64,000 nucleotides of DNA from a virus (Duplodnaviria; Caudoviricetes): IMG/VR virus record IMGVR_UViG_3300020420_000671; one strand, 5' to 3'. The notes under the pieces were generated by a model. That model saw only the letters and a list, made by a program, of their open reading frames with translations, was not told the DNA's origin and did no database searches. Shown piece after piece: positions 55,917 through 64,000 of the stretch (its first letter is position 1; each line of letters begins with the position of its first letter). The position numbers and the translations under genes were made by a program.

Positions 55917-56021
55917 ACTGTATTTACCATCCCTTTTTGCCCCCTTTTATTATGTTATTTCTTGGTATATTTTTATTAAGATGACTAAATACATACAACA
56001 GTTGATATACAGGAGAACAAA

Positions 56022-59000
56022 ATGGCATCATTAATATCACCAGGTGTAAATGTTAGTGTTATAGACGAAAGTTTTTACACCCCAGCTGAACCGGGAATGA
56101 CTCCTATGGTGTTTGTTGCATCTAGACAAGATAAAACAAACGCGGCAGGGACAGGCACAGCCAGTGGAACTACAAAAGCTAACGCTGGTGTACCACAACT
56201 AATTACATCACAAAGAGACTTATCTGATAAGTTCGGAGATCCAGTCTTTGAAACAGATAACAATAATAACCCTATAAACGGCGGCGAATTAAACGAATAT
56301 GGTTTACAAGCGGCTTATTCTTTCTTAGGTGTAGCAAACAGAGCTTTTGTTACAAGAGCAGACATAGACCTAAATGAGATTACGCCAAGTGCTTCTGCTC
56401 CGGCGGCGGCTCCAGCAAACGGAACATTCTGGTTCGATACTGCTTTAACAAAATATGGAATTTTTGAATGGAACGGAAATGCTGTTACTGTAACAGGCGG
56501 ACAGTCATTCACTAACAAAGTTCCAACAGTAATTACATCAAAAACAAATTTAGTAGGTGAATCCAATACAGGAATACCAAAAGGTTCAGTAGGACAGGTA
56601 GGAGACTATGCTGTTGTTACAACCACTACAAGTAATAAAGTATACTACAAAAATACTGACGGTGCTTGGGTAAAAGTTGGTTCATCTGATTGGGTAAAGA
56701 GTTGGCCAACAATACAAGGATCAACTGCTAACCCAACTTTAACGAACGGACAAACAATTATTATAAACGGAAGTACTGTGTCACTTTCAGGAACATCTGT
56801 TGCTAACATGGTAACTGCTATTACTAATGCGGCAATCACAGGTGTATCTGCGAAAAGTGTAGACGGCAAACTTTATATCTACAGTGACGGAAGTTCAACA
56901 ACTGACGGTTCAACAGACGACGATGGCGCCATTTCCATTGCGGCTGGACAAACTGGTACATTGTTAGCTGACTTAGGTATCACAGCAGGAACTTACTTTG
57001 CTCCTGCGTTAGAAATTGCTCCACATACGGCTGTTCCAGCGTTCAAGACTGCAGACACAAAAACAAGACCTTCAGGTTCTGTTTGGTTTAAAACTACAGA
57101 TGCTAACTTGGGTGCTAATTACAAAGTTAAAGTATACAATACTACAACAAAACTTTGGGTAGATCAATCTGCTCCAGTTTACAAAACACACGAAGCGGCT
57201 TTATTTAATTTAGACAAATCCGGCGGTGGTATTAATCTTGCGGTAGGTGCTACATACATTCAAGCACATACAACACTAGCAGAGAATGAAGAATTTGATT
57301 TTACAATTTTTGCTAGAAACGTATCAGGATCAACTACCATTACTTCAAATGCTATTACAGCAAGTACATTTGCGGCAGGCACATTCAATTTTACAATTGG
57401 AGAAAGTAAAGTAGGACAAGCGGCTTTAGACGCAGGTGTGGCTTTATCATTCGTAGCAACTGGTGCTACAGCAGATGCTGACTTGTTTGCTAACGCAATC
57501 AACGCACATGGATTTACTAACATACAAGCAAGTGTAGACGCAAGTAACAGACTTGTTATTTCACACAATGATGGTGGTGAAATGCGTATTAAAGATACAG
57601 ACAATGCTTTCCAAAACGCAGGATTTAGTGCTTATAACTACAGCACAAAATTAGGAACAGCTAATCTTTATACAGCACCAACAGGTGATAGTGCTTTTGA
57701 TTTCCATGCTTCAAATTGGAAAATCTTAACTTACAATGCTGGACCAAATGCTCCAACATCATTAACAACAGACGGCAGATTATGGTACAGTTCAATTGTT
57801 GATGAAGTTGATATGTTGGTACACGACGGAACAACATGGAAAGGTTACGGAAACGTATACTCAAGTGCTGATCCAGAAGGACCAATTGTAAGTGCCACAG
57901 AGCCAACACAACAATCAGATACTACACCATTAGTAACAGGAGACTTATGGATTTCAACAGCTGACTTAGAAAGCTATCCAGAAGTTTACAAATACAATGC
58001 TGATCTTCAAAAATGGTTAGCTGTAGATGAAGGTGACCAAACTACAGAAGATGGTATTTTATTTGCTGATGCTAGATTTGGTACAACCGGTGGTACTAAC
58101 GGAACAAACGGGGAAGCACCAAAAGGAACTATCAAAGAACTATTAGTAAGTGACTTCTTAGACTTTGATGCTCCAGATCCAGCACTTTATCCAAAAGGTA
58201 TGTTGTTATGGAACTTACGTAGAAGCGGATTTAATGTTAAAAAATTCGTTAGAAACTATATAGACTTAACAGCTAAAAACATTAGAAAAAATGATGAGAG
58301 CATGGCTACTTATTATCCACACAGATGGGTAACTGAGTCTGCTAATCAGCCAAACGGTAAAGGTAGCTTTGGAAGAAAAGCACAGCGTAAAGTTGTAATT
58401 CAAGCGTTACAATCATTGGTAAACAGTAACCAAGAGATTAGGGACGATGAATCAAGACTATTCAACGTTATGGCTACACCAGGTTATCCAGAACTTATAG
58501 GTGAAATGATAGCACTTAATAATGATAGAGGCTTAACAGCGTTTATTATTGGTGACTCACCATTTAGATTAAAATCAGATGGAACTACTTTAAACAACTG
58601 GGGTAATAATACTGCTCTTGCTGTTGAAGATAACGATGACGGACTTGTTTCAAGAGATGAATACTTAGGTGTGTTTTATCCTAGCTTATTCACAAGTGAC
58701 AATGCCGGAAATAACGTTGTTGTTCCACCAAGTCATGGTATAATGAGAACTTTTGCTTTAAGTGATCAAGTATCGTTTCCATGGTTTGCTCCAGCAGGTA
58801 CAAGACGTGGTGGCATAACAAATGCTAGTGCGGCAGGATTTGTAGACGCTGAGGGTGAATTTAAATCAATAGCATTGAACGAAGGTCAAAGAGATACATT
58901 ATATTCTTTAAATATTAATCCGATTACATTCCTTACAGGAGCAGGATTAGTTAACTTCGGTCAAAAAACTAGAGCAAGAAACGCAAGTGCTTTAGATAGA

Positions 59001-59312
59001 ATCAACGTAGCACGTTTAGTAATTTACTTAAGATCACAACTTAAGAAACTAGCTAAACCATACATCTTTGAACCAAATGATAAGATTACACGTGATGAAA
59101 TCAAGGCACAAGTTGATAGTTTAATGTTAGAGCTTGTTTCACAAAGAGCATTATATGACTTCTTAGTTGTGTGTGATGAATCAAATAACACACCATCTAG
59201 AATTGATAGAAATGAACTTTATGTAGATATTGCGATAGAACCAGTAAAAGCTGTGGAGTTTATATACATTCCATTGAGACTTAAAAATACTGGAGAAATA
59301 GCAGGACTATAA
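56022..59312 (+). CDS. gp18: Tail sheath protein (T4 gp18-like) with large insertion domains
   Basis: SPGV.V...DES, FGDP, NEYGL.AA, PPS, WFAPAG..RG, ALDRINV.RL, .FEPND..TR, D.SNNT...ID.NEL; late box ACTAAATA at 55984-55991. Confidence 0.95.
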   Translation: MASLISPGVNVSVIDESFYTPAEPGMTPMVFVASRQDKTNAAGTGTASGTTKANAGVPQLITSQRDLSDKFGDPVFETDNNNNPINGGELNEYGLQAAYSFLGVANRAFVTRADIDLNEITPSASAPAAAPANGTFWFDTALTKYGIFEWNGNAVTVTGGQSFTNKVPTVITSKTNLVGESNTGIPKGSVGQVGDYAVVTTTTSNKVYYKNTDGAWVKVGSSDWVKSWPTIQGSTANPTLTNGQTIIINGSTVSLSGTSVANMVTAITNAAITGVSAKSVDGKLYIYSDGSSTTDGSTDDDGAISIAAGQTGTLLADLGITAGTYFAPALEIAPHTAVPAFKTADTKTRPSGSVWFKTTDANLGANYKVKVYNTTTKLWVDQSAPVYKTHEAALFNLDKSGGGINLAVGATYIQAHTTLAENEEFDFTIFARNVSGSTTITSNAITASTFAAGTFNFTIGESKVGQAALDAGVALSFVATGATADADLFANAINAHGFTNIQASVDASNRLVISHNDGGEMRIKDTDNAFQNAGFSAYNYSTKLGTANLYTAPTGDSAFDFHASNWKILTYNAGPNAPTSLTTDGRLWYSSIVDEVDMLVHDGTTWKGYGNVYSSADPEGPIVSATEPTQQSDTTPLVTGDLWISTADLESYPEVYKYNADLQKWLAVDEGDQTTEDGILFADARFGTTGGTNGTNGEAPKGTIKELLVSDFLDFDAPDPALYPKGMLLWNLRRSGFNVKKFVRNYIDLTAKNIRKNDESMATYYPHRWVTESANQPNGKGSFGRKAQRKVVIQALQSLVNSNQEIRDDESRLFNVMATPGYPELIGEMIALNNDRGLTAFIIGDSPFRLKSDGTTLNNWGNNTALAVEDNDDGLVSRDEYLGVFYPSLFTSDNAGNNVVVPPSHGIMRTFALSDQVSFPWFAPAGTRRGGITNASAAGFVDAEGEFKSIALNEGQRDTLYSLNINPITFLTGAGLVNFGQKTRARNASALDRINVARLVIYLRSQLKKLAKPYIFEPNDKITRDEIKAQVDSLMLELVSQRALYDFLVVCDESNNTPSRIDRNELYVDIAIEPVKAVEFIYIPLRLKNTGEIAGL

Positions 59313-59344
59313 ACGGATAAATAAAAGTAATAGGAGCATATAGA

Positions 59345-59974
59345 ATGGCAATTTCAACACTTTCAAAGTTAACAGTACCCTTAGATAGTAACGCAAGTGC
59401 ATCTAACCAAGGGTTATTGATGCCAAAATTAGCATACCGTTTTAGGGTATCGCTAGAAAATTTTGGTGTATCAAGTCCAACAACTGAACTAACAAAACAG
59501 GTAATGGACATAACTAGACCAAACGTAAGTTTCGATCAAATGACTGTTGATATTTACAACTCAAGAGTATACCTAGCAGGTAAACATACTTGGGAACCTA
59601 TTACAATTACTTTACGTGAAGATGTAAGCAACAACGTACAAAAATTTGTTGGTGAACAATTACAGAAACAGTTAGACTTCTTTGAAATGTCAAGTGCGGC
59701 GTCAGGAAGCGATTACAAATTCGTTACTAGAATGGAAATACTCGATGGTGGTAACGGTGCTAATGCTCCAACAGTACTTGAAACATTTGAGTTATACGGA
59801 TGTTATGTTGAGAGTGCTAACTATAATACTTTAAACTATGCTGAATCAGCACCAGTAACTGTAACGTTATCAGTAAGATACGACAATGCTATACAAACAC
59901 CACAAGGTACAGGTATAGGTACAGCAATTGGTAGAACAATTAACACAGCTATTACAGGCGGTGGTAACGGTTAA
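59345..59974 (+). CDS. gp19: Tail tube protein (T4 gp19-like)
   Basis: YRFRV, RP...F, Y.AGK..W..IT.T..D(E), E.F.L.GC; follows the sheath; late box at 59316-59323. Confidence 0.88.
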   Translation: MAISTLSKLTVPLDSNASASNQGLLMPKLAYRFRVSLENFGVSSPTTELTKQVMDITRPNVSFDQMTVDIYNSRVYLAGKHTWEPITITLREDVSNNVQKFVGEQLQKQLDFFEMSSAASGSDYKFVTRMEILDGGNGANAPTVLETFELYGCYVESANYNTLNYAESAPVTVTLSVRYDNAIQTPQGTGIGTAIGRTINTAITGGGNG

Positions 59975-59995
59975 TAGTTAATAAACTAATTACAT

Positions 59996-60023
59996 AAAAA
60001 GGGCCTTCCGGGGCCCTTTTTTT
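59996..60023 (+). terminator. Rho-independent terminator after the tube gene
   Basis: AAAAA-GGGCC-TTCCGG-GGCCC-TTTTTTT. Confidence 0.9.
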
Positions 60024-60069
60024 ATGACCAAAAACTAAATACCTGTAAGTAGCAAAAAAGGAGATTCCA

Positions 60070-60513
60070 TTGAGTAATAGATTTCATTTGGCCGTCGAAG
60101 GTGGCGACCTTTCAACAACCGTTCCCTGGTATCAAAAGGTTTTAGGTTGTACTTTAGATATGGCAGAAGAAGGAAAATGGCAGGACATAGATTTTTGGGG
60201 TAATGAATTAACATTACATGAAACAACACCAAGGCAAGGTAAAGGTCCTGAAAGAGAAAGACACAGCGTAGACATGGGCGAAGTTTGTGTCCCACACTTT
60301 GGTATACATTTACCATATGATGACTTCAAGATAGTCAAAGAAAGCGTCGAAGCGAATGGTGGTTTTTTAGACACACCTTATGTAAGATTTGAAGGCACAG
60401 ATTATCAGCAAGAAACATTTTTTGTAGAAGATCCTAACTTTAATGTACTTGAAATAAAGTCTATGGCAAAAGATAATCCGCTAGATTTCGAAGTTCATGG
60501 AGTAGGTTGCTAA
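60070..60513 (+). CDS. VOC/glyoxalase-family protein
   Basis: FHLA...DL.....WY..VLG, DFWG..L.LH, VPHFG..L, TFF..DP..N.LE.K; TTG start with AGGAGA; box ACTAAATA at 60034-60041. Confidence 0.85.
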   Translation: MSNRFHLAVEGGDLSTTVPWYQKVLGCTLDMAEEGKWQDIDFWGNELTLHETTPRQGKGPERERHSVDMGEVCVPHFGIHLPYDDFKIVKESVEANGGFLDTPYVRFEGTDYQQETFFVEDPNFNVLEIKSMAKDNPLDFEVHGVGC

Positions 60514-60555
60514 TCTTATTATATACGTACTTAATTACTATGGATAAATATTAGT

Positions 60556-61776
60556 ATGGCAAACTTTTTAAATGGATTTTTAGACAACGTAGTATCAGGG
60601 GCTTTGAACCCAAAAGGAACTCTTGCTGATTATCAACATGGTGCTAGACTTTATGTAGATGATAGTCATAGGTTATCTCCTAAAGTAAAATTTCTTTATC
60701 ATGTGTCAATCGATATCAATAGAGAAGCATCAGCTATAATTCCGCAATTAGGAGCAAAACATATTAACGAACTTAATATGCTTGTCAAGTCAGTTGATCT
60801 TCCAAGATTCAATGTACAAACAGATGTGAAACATCAGTATAATAGAAAACGTGTTGTTCAAAAACGTATTGACTACCAACCTATAACTTTAACATTTCAT
60901 GACGATGCTTTTGGAGTTACTACTGCTTTGTGGGAGGCATACTACAGATATTATTATAGAGACGGACAATATTCAAGAACAATGCCAGCAGGAGCACCAG
61001 ATCCTTCAGTGCCAGAATTTCATAATCATGGTGCTTACAATAAAGGAGCGATATATGGAAAAACAATGTATCGATATGGCTTAGATAATGATAGTTTTGC
61101 TCCTTTCTTTAATAATATTACAATTTACCAACTGTCTAGAAAAAGATATACAGCTCTTACTTTAATAAATCCTATTATAGCATCTTGGTCACATGACACA
61201 ATGGATAACAGTGATGGCCAAACTCCTGTGGCTAACCAAATGGTTTTAGAATATGAAACAGTACATTACAGTAGAGGACCGATTGGTAAAGCAGGTCCAA
61301 AAGGTTTTGCTGAAGAACATTACGACAAGAGTCCAAGTCCTATTTCACTATCAGGTGGTGGAGCAGGCAGTTTGTTAGGTGCCGGTGGTGTATTAGCGGG
61401 AGCAGGTTCCGTACTAGCCGACATACAAGGCGGCAATGTTAGTTTTGGAACAGTTCTAAGAGCGGCAAACTCTGTACAAAATTTAGGTAGTCTTTCAAAG
61501 GCCGGTATAGGCCAAGAACTTATAGGTGAAGGATTAGATGCCATCGGACAAACAACAGGTATTGATGTTAGCGGTGTTGCGGGTGTAGCGTTTCCAAAAG
61601 GCGGCAGTGGTGGTCTTGGCGGAGGAAAAACTTTAGCACTTGCTGGCTTGGCAGTAGCAGGAGCAAAAGCATTTAATAATATGTCATCAAGTGGAGCTTC
61701 ATTATCCAAAGCAATGCCAGACACTAGTGGTACAAACGGTCCTGGATATGATGATCCTGATTATATAGGACCATAG
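60556..61776 (+). CDS. Tube-like baseplate hub/tube initiator protein (gp48/gp54-like) with a Gly-rich tail
   Basis: LVKS.DLP.F...T....QYNRK...Q..I.Y.P.T..FHDD, a gp19-fold paralogue; late box 5 nt before the ATG. Confidence 0.65.
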   Translation: MANFLNGFLDNVVSGALNPKGTLADYQHGARLYVDDSHRLSPKVKFLYHVSIDINREASAIIPQLGAKHINELNMLVKSVDLPRFNVQTDVKHQYNRKRVVQKRIDYQPITLTFHDDAFGVTTALWEAYYRYYYRDGQYSRTMPAGAPDPSVPEFHNHGAYNKGAIYGKTMYRYGLDNDSFAPFFNNITIYQLSRKRYTALTLINPIIASWSHDTMDNSDGQTPVANQMVLEYETVHYSRGPIGKAGPKGFAEEHYDKSPSPISLSGGGAGSLLGAGGVLAGAGSVLADIQGGNVSFGTVLRAANSVQNLGSLSKAGIGQELIGEGLDAIGQTTGIDVSGVAGVAFPKGGSGGLGGGKTLALAGLAVAGAKAFNNMSSSGASLSKAMPDTSGTNGPGYDDPDYIGP

Positions 61777-61784
61777 GAAATACT

Positions 61785-62159
61785 ATGACTGAAACAAATT
61801 TACCAAGAAAACCAGATTCAAGAGATTCTTCAACAGTTGTAAAAAGATATTTTAATACCTACTACGGAAAAGAACTTGCTTTTCCAAGTAATGATGTTGA
61901 TGCTGTAATCGGCTTTTTAGAAAATAAAGGATTTGATAAATCTGCCGCACTCAGTACAGGAACAATATTATTAAAACAAGCAAAACTTGATGGTATCAAA
62001 GTATTTGAATTATTAGATACTTTGAAAGGTTTGGACAAACTACAATTAAGTTATACCGTTACACAGGTTTTAAATTTTAACAGACAAAAAATAAGCACTC
62101 TAGGATATAGAGTGACTGACACACGCAAGCCTACAGAATCCAGAAACATCATGGGGTAA
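61785..62159 (+). CDS. Hypothetical protein, probably virion-associated
   Basis: Intact ORF with SD in the late operon; no recognisable motif. Confidence 0.5.
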   Translation: MTETNLPRKPDSRDSSTVVKRYFNTYYGKELAFPSNDVDAVIGFLENKGFDKSAALSTGTILLKQAKLDGIKVFELLDTLKGLDKLQLSYTVTQVLNFNRQKISTLGYRVTDTRKPTESRNIMG

Positions 62160-62162
62160 CCA

Positions 62163-62600
62163 ATGAAGCGTTGGGCTCAGGGTAAGTACACACTTAAAAA
62201 TCCAGACAAGTATGTAGGAAACAAAAGTCCAACTTATAGATCAAGTTGGGAATTTCATTTTATGAAATTCTGTGACGAAAATCCAGCGATAGCATCGTGG
62301 GCAAGTGAAGCTATTAAGATTCCATTTAGAAGTCCGTTAACAGGAAAGCCAACTGTATATGTACCAGACTTTTTTATCCAGTATAAAGATAAAAAAGGCA
62401 GAGCAAGAGTTGAGCTTATAGAAATTAAACCAAGCTCACAAGCAATGCGTGAAAATATAGGAAATAACAAACAGAATCAAGCGTCATATGTACTTAATAT
62501 GGCAAAATGGGAGGCCGCAAGTAAATACTGTAAGTCAAAAGGCATTAGATTCCGTGTAATTACAGAAATGGAATTGTTTCACCAGGGCAAACGTAAGTGA
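62163..62600 (+). CDS. gp4: Head completion nuclease (T4 gp4-like, TnsA/PD-(D/E)xK fold)
   Basis: N..KY.G....YRSSWE..FM..CD, W.SE...IP, Y.PDF, IEIKP, KW.AA..C...G..F..ITE. Confidence 0.9.
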   Translation: MKRWAQGKYTLKNPDKYVGNKSPTYRSSWEFHFMKFCDENPAIASWASEAIKIPFRSPLTGKPTVYVPDFFIQYKDKKGRARVELIEIKPSSQAMRENIGNNKQNQASYVLNMAKWEAASKYCKSKGIRFRVITEMELFHQGKRK

Positions 62601-62632
62601 TAAATAATAGTAGCATATAATGGATTCAAGCT

Positions 62633-63121
62633 ATGAGTAAAAAATTAGAAGAACTGCTAGATTTACCAGACTCAAAGGAAATAATCAAGCAGGAAAAAGA
62701 CAAAGAAAAACACGAAGTCATTCAGCAACAGAACGATACTTTACGTGACATAGCGGAAATGGACAAAATTTCTGCCGCTTTACCACAAGTAAAAGGCCTT
62801 GGAGAGATGGCTGATAAAGAACTAAATGAAGTAGCTGAAAAATCTATGGAAGCATATGAAGATTTAATGGATTTGGGCATGAATGTTGAATCAAGATATT
62901 CAGGTAGAGTATTCGAAGTAGCTGGTCAAATGCTTAAAACCAATTTAGATTCCAAAGTAGCTAAATTAGATAAAAAACTAAAAATGGTAGAATTACAACT
63001 TAGAAAAGAAAAACTAGATAAAGATGGCAAACCTGATGGTGACTCTATAGTACAAGGAGAAGGCTATATAGTTACAGACCGTAATAGTTTGCTGGAAAAA
63101 CTAAAGAATATGGATAAATAA
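62633..63121 (+). CDS. Putative terminase small subunit (T4 gp16-like)
   Basis: Helical, R.FEVAGQM.K motif resembling gp16 R..EV...L; late box at 62599-62606. Confidence 0.6.
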   Translation: MSKKLEELLDLPDSKEIIKQEKDKEKHEVIQQQNDTLRDIAEMDKISAALPQVKGLGEMADKELNEVAEKSMEAYEDLMDLGMNVESRYSGRVFEVAGQMLKTNLDSKVAKLDKKLKMVELQLRKEKLDKDGKPDGDSIVQGEGYIVTDRNSLLEKLKNMDK

Positions 63122-63138
63122 TTTATAAGGACGGGAAT

Positions 63139-63702
63139 ATGTTTGAAAAATACCTAACAGAAGCAAAAAAAGAGTACAAATTTTCAATTGGTGTGGCAGG
63201 AGAGCTACCAGAAGGTTTTGCTGATTCTATGGAAACAGCATTACAACGTTTTAACGTTGTGTCAATGAGCCCAGGTAAGAAAACTCCTATACAGGAAAAA
63301 CCACTGGATTTTCCACAACTTTCAAACAGCGAAGTCACATACTATGAAGCAACATTAACATATCCGACAACACCACAAGTATTGTCAGAATACATTCCAC
63401 AGTGCACTGATATCGAAAGAGCTAGTATTATTGTGCGTACCGAGAATGATCCTGCTTTAGAGTACCAATCACAAAAAGAAGAAGACCCATATCAACCAAA
63501 ACTTGATACAGAAGATATGGGACAAGCTGTACCAAACGCACAGGAAACTGTTGGTGGTGAAAGAGTTATGAGTCTTTTGAAAGAATTAGAAACAGCTAGA
63601 AAAGAAACAGAAAACAGTCCAATAGCCGATGTCAAACCAGCACCAGAGAGCAAAGACATAAGCGACAATATTGGAACTAAATCACCGATAGGGAGTAAGT
63701 AA
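63139..63702 (+). CDS. Acidic putative internal head protein
   Basis: N-terminal YLTE|A, C-terminal TKSPIGSK; late box at 63113-63120. Confidence 0.5.
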   Translation: MFEKYLTEAKKEYKFSIGVAGELPEGFADSMETALQRFNVVSMSPGKKTPIQEKPLDFPQLSNSEVTYYEATLTYPTTPQVLSEYIPQCTDIERASIIVRTENDPALEYQSQKEEDPYQPKLDTEDMGQAVPNAQETVGGERVMSLLKELETARKETENSPIADVKPAPESKDISDNIGTKSPIGSK

Positions 63703-63703
63703 T

Positions 63704-64000
63704 ATGAATATGAAAGATATGATTCAGCAGATGACAGACATCGAAACTGAAGCAAAATCAAAAAAACAACAAATTAATGAAGCGGCATCAATGAACATTT
63801 CTATGACTGCTGATGATGCTGGACAAGTTGGACAGCTAATGTCAATGATGAAAAACGCAGGAATGAATCCTAAACCAGTAGGCGGAGATATGCCTATGCC
63901 AATGAGACATGACATTGATAAATTTAGACAAGCTGTAGACGCAAAATATGATGATCCAAAAATTCCAGGCAAAGACGATGTGCCAGGAGATATGGATCTT
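63704..64000 (+). CDS. Putative internal head protein (3'-truncated)
   Basis: Read by hand: MNMKDMIQQMTDIETEAKSKKQQINEAAS..., open to the window end; INE|A motif. Confidence 0.5.
   Translation, partial: MNMKDMIQQMTDIETEAKSKKQQINEAASMNISMTADDAGQVGQLMSMMKNAGMNPKPVGGDMPMPMRHDIDKFRQAVDAKYDDPKIPGKDDVPGDMDL

Noticed and set aside
1805-63972. Many 60-160-aa ORFs antisense to or nested in long genes (e.g. 1805-2212, 3894-4376, 4619-5038, 55093-55554)
   Set aside because: They are shadow frames of genes with clear family motifs, lacking SDs, promoters and recognisable motifs.
1-64000. Stop-codon reassignment as seen in some large phages
   Set aside because: Genes are full length in the standard code and TAA, TAG and TGA all terminate genes at expected ends.

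Overview
This window is a contiguous, AT-rich virion-morphogenesis region of a large T4-like myophage (probably a jumbo phage; host not determinable). It uses the standard genetic code, and I saw no tRNA, CRISPR array, integrase or transposase. Order: head genes (acidic protein, gp21 protease, gp22 scaffold, gp23 capsid); a promoter- and terminator-bounded ~255-nt structured non-coding transcript; ~25 kb of giant paralogous fibre/baseplate proteins ending in three Cys-rich paralogues and a fibre chaperone; tailoring-enzyme block 1 (GT9 glycosyltransferase, carbamoyltransferase, three 2OG-Fe(II) oxygenases, flavin-dependent halogenase, SGNH-like protein, GmhB); more fibre/baseplate genes; tailoring block 2 on the minus strand (NUDIX, two halogenases, HldE, HldD, cupin); gp15/gp14/gp13, dNMP kinase, sheath gp18, tube gp19, VOC enzyme, tube-like baseplate protein, gp4, putative small terminase and putative internal head proteins. 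A T4-late-type (G/C/T)ATAAATA-like box recurs upstream of many genes. The most notable signals are an apparently late-expressed heptosylation/carbamoylation/halogenation/hydroxylation toolkit interleaved with fibre genes, a cupin that may replace GmhA, the Cys-rich triplet and the candidate ncRNA. All product calls come from motifs read by eye; no database searches were run.
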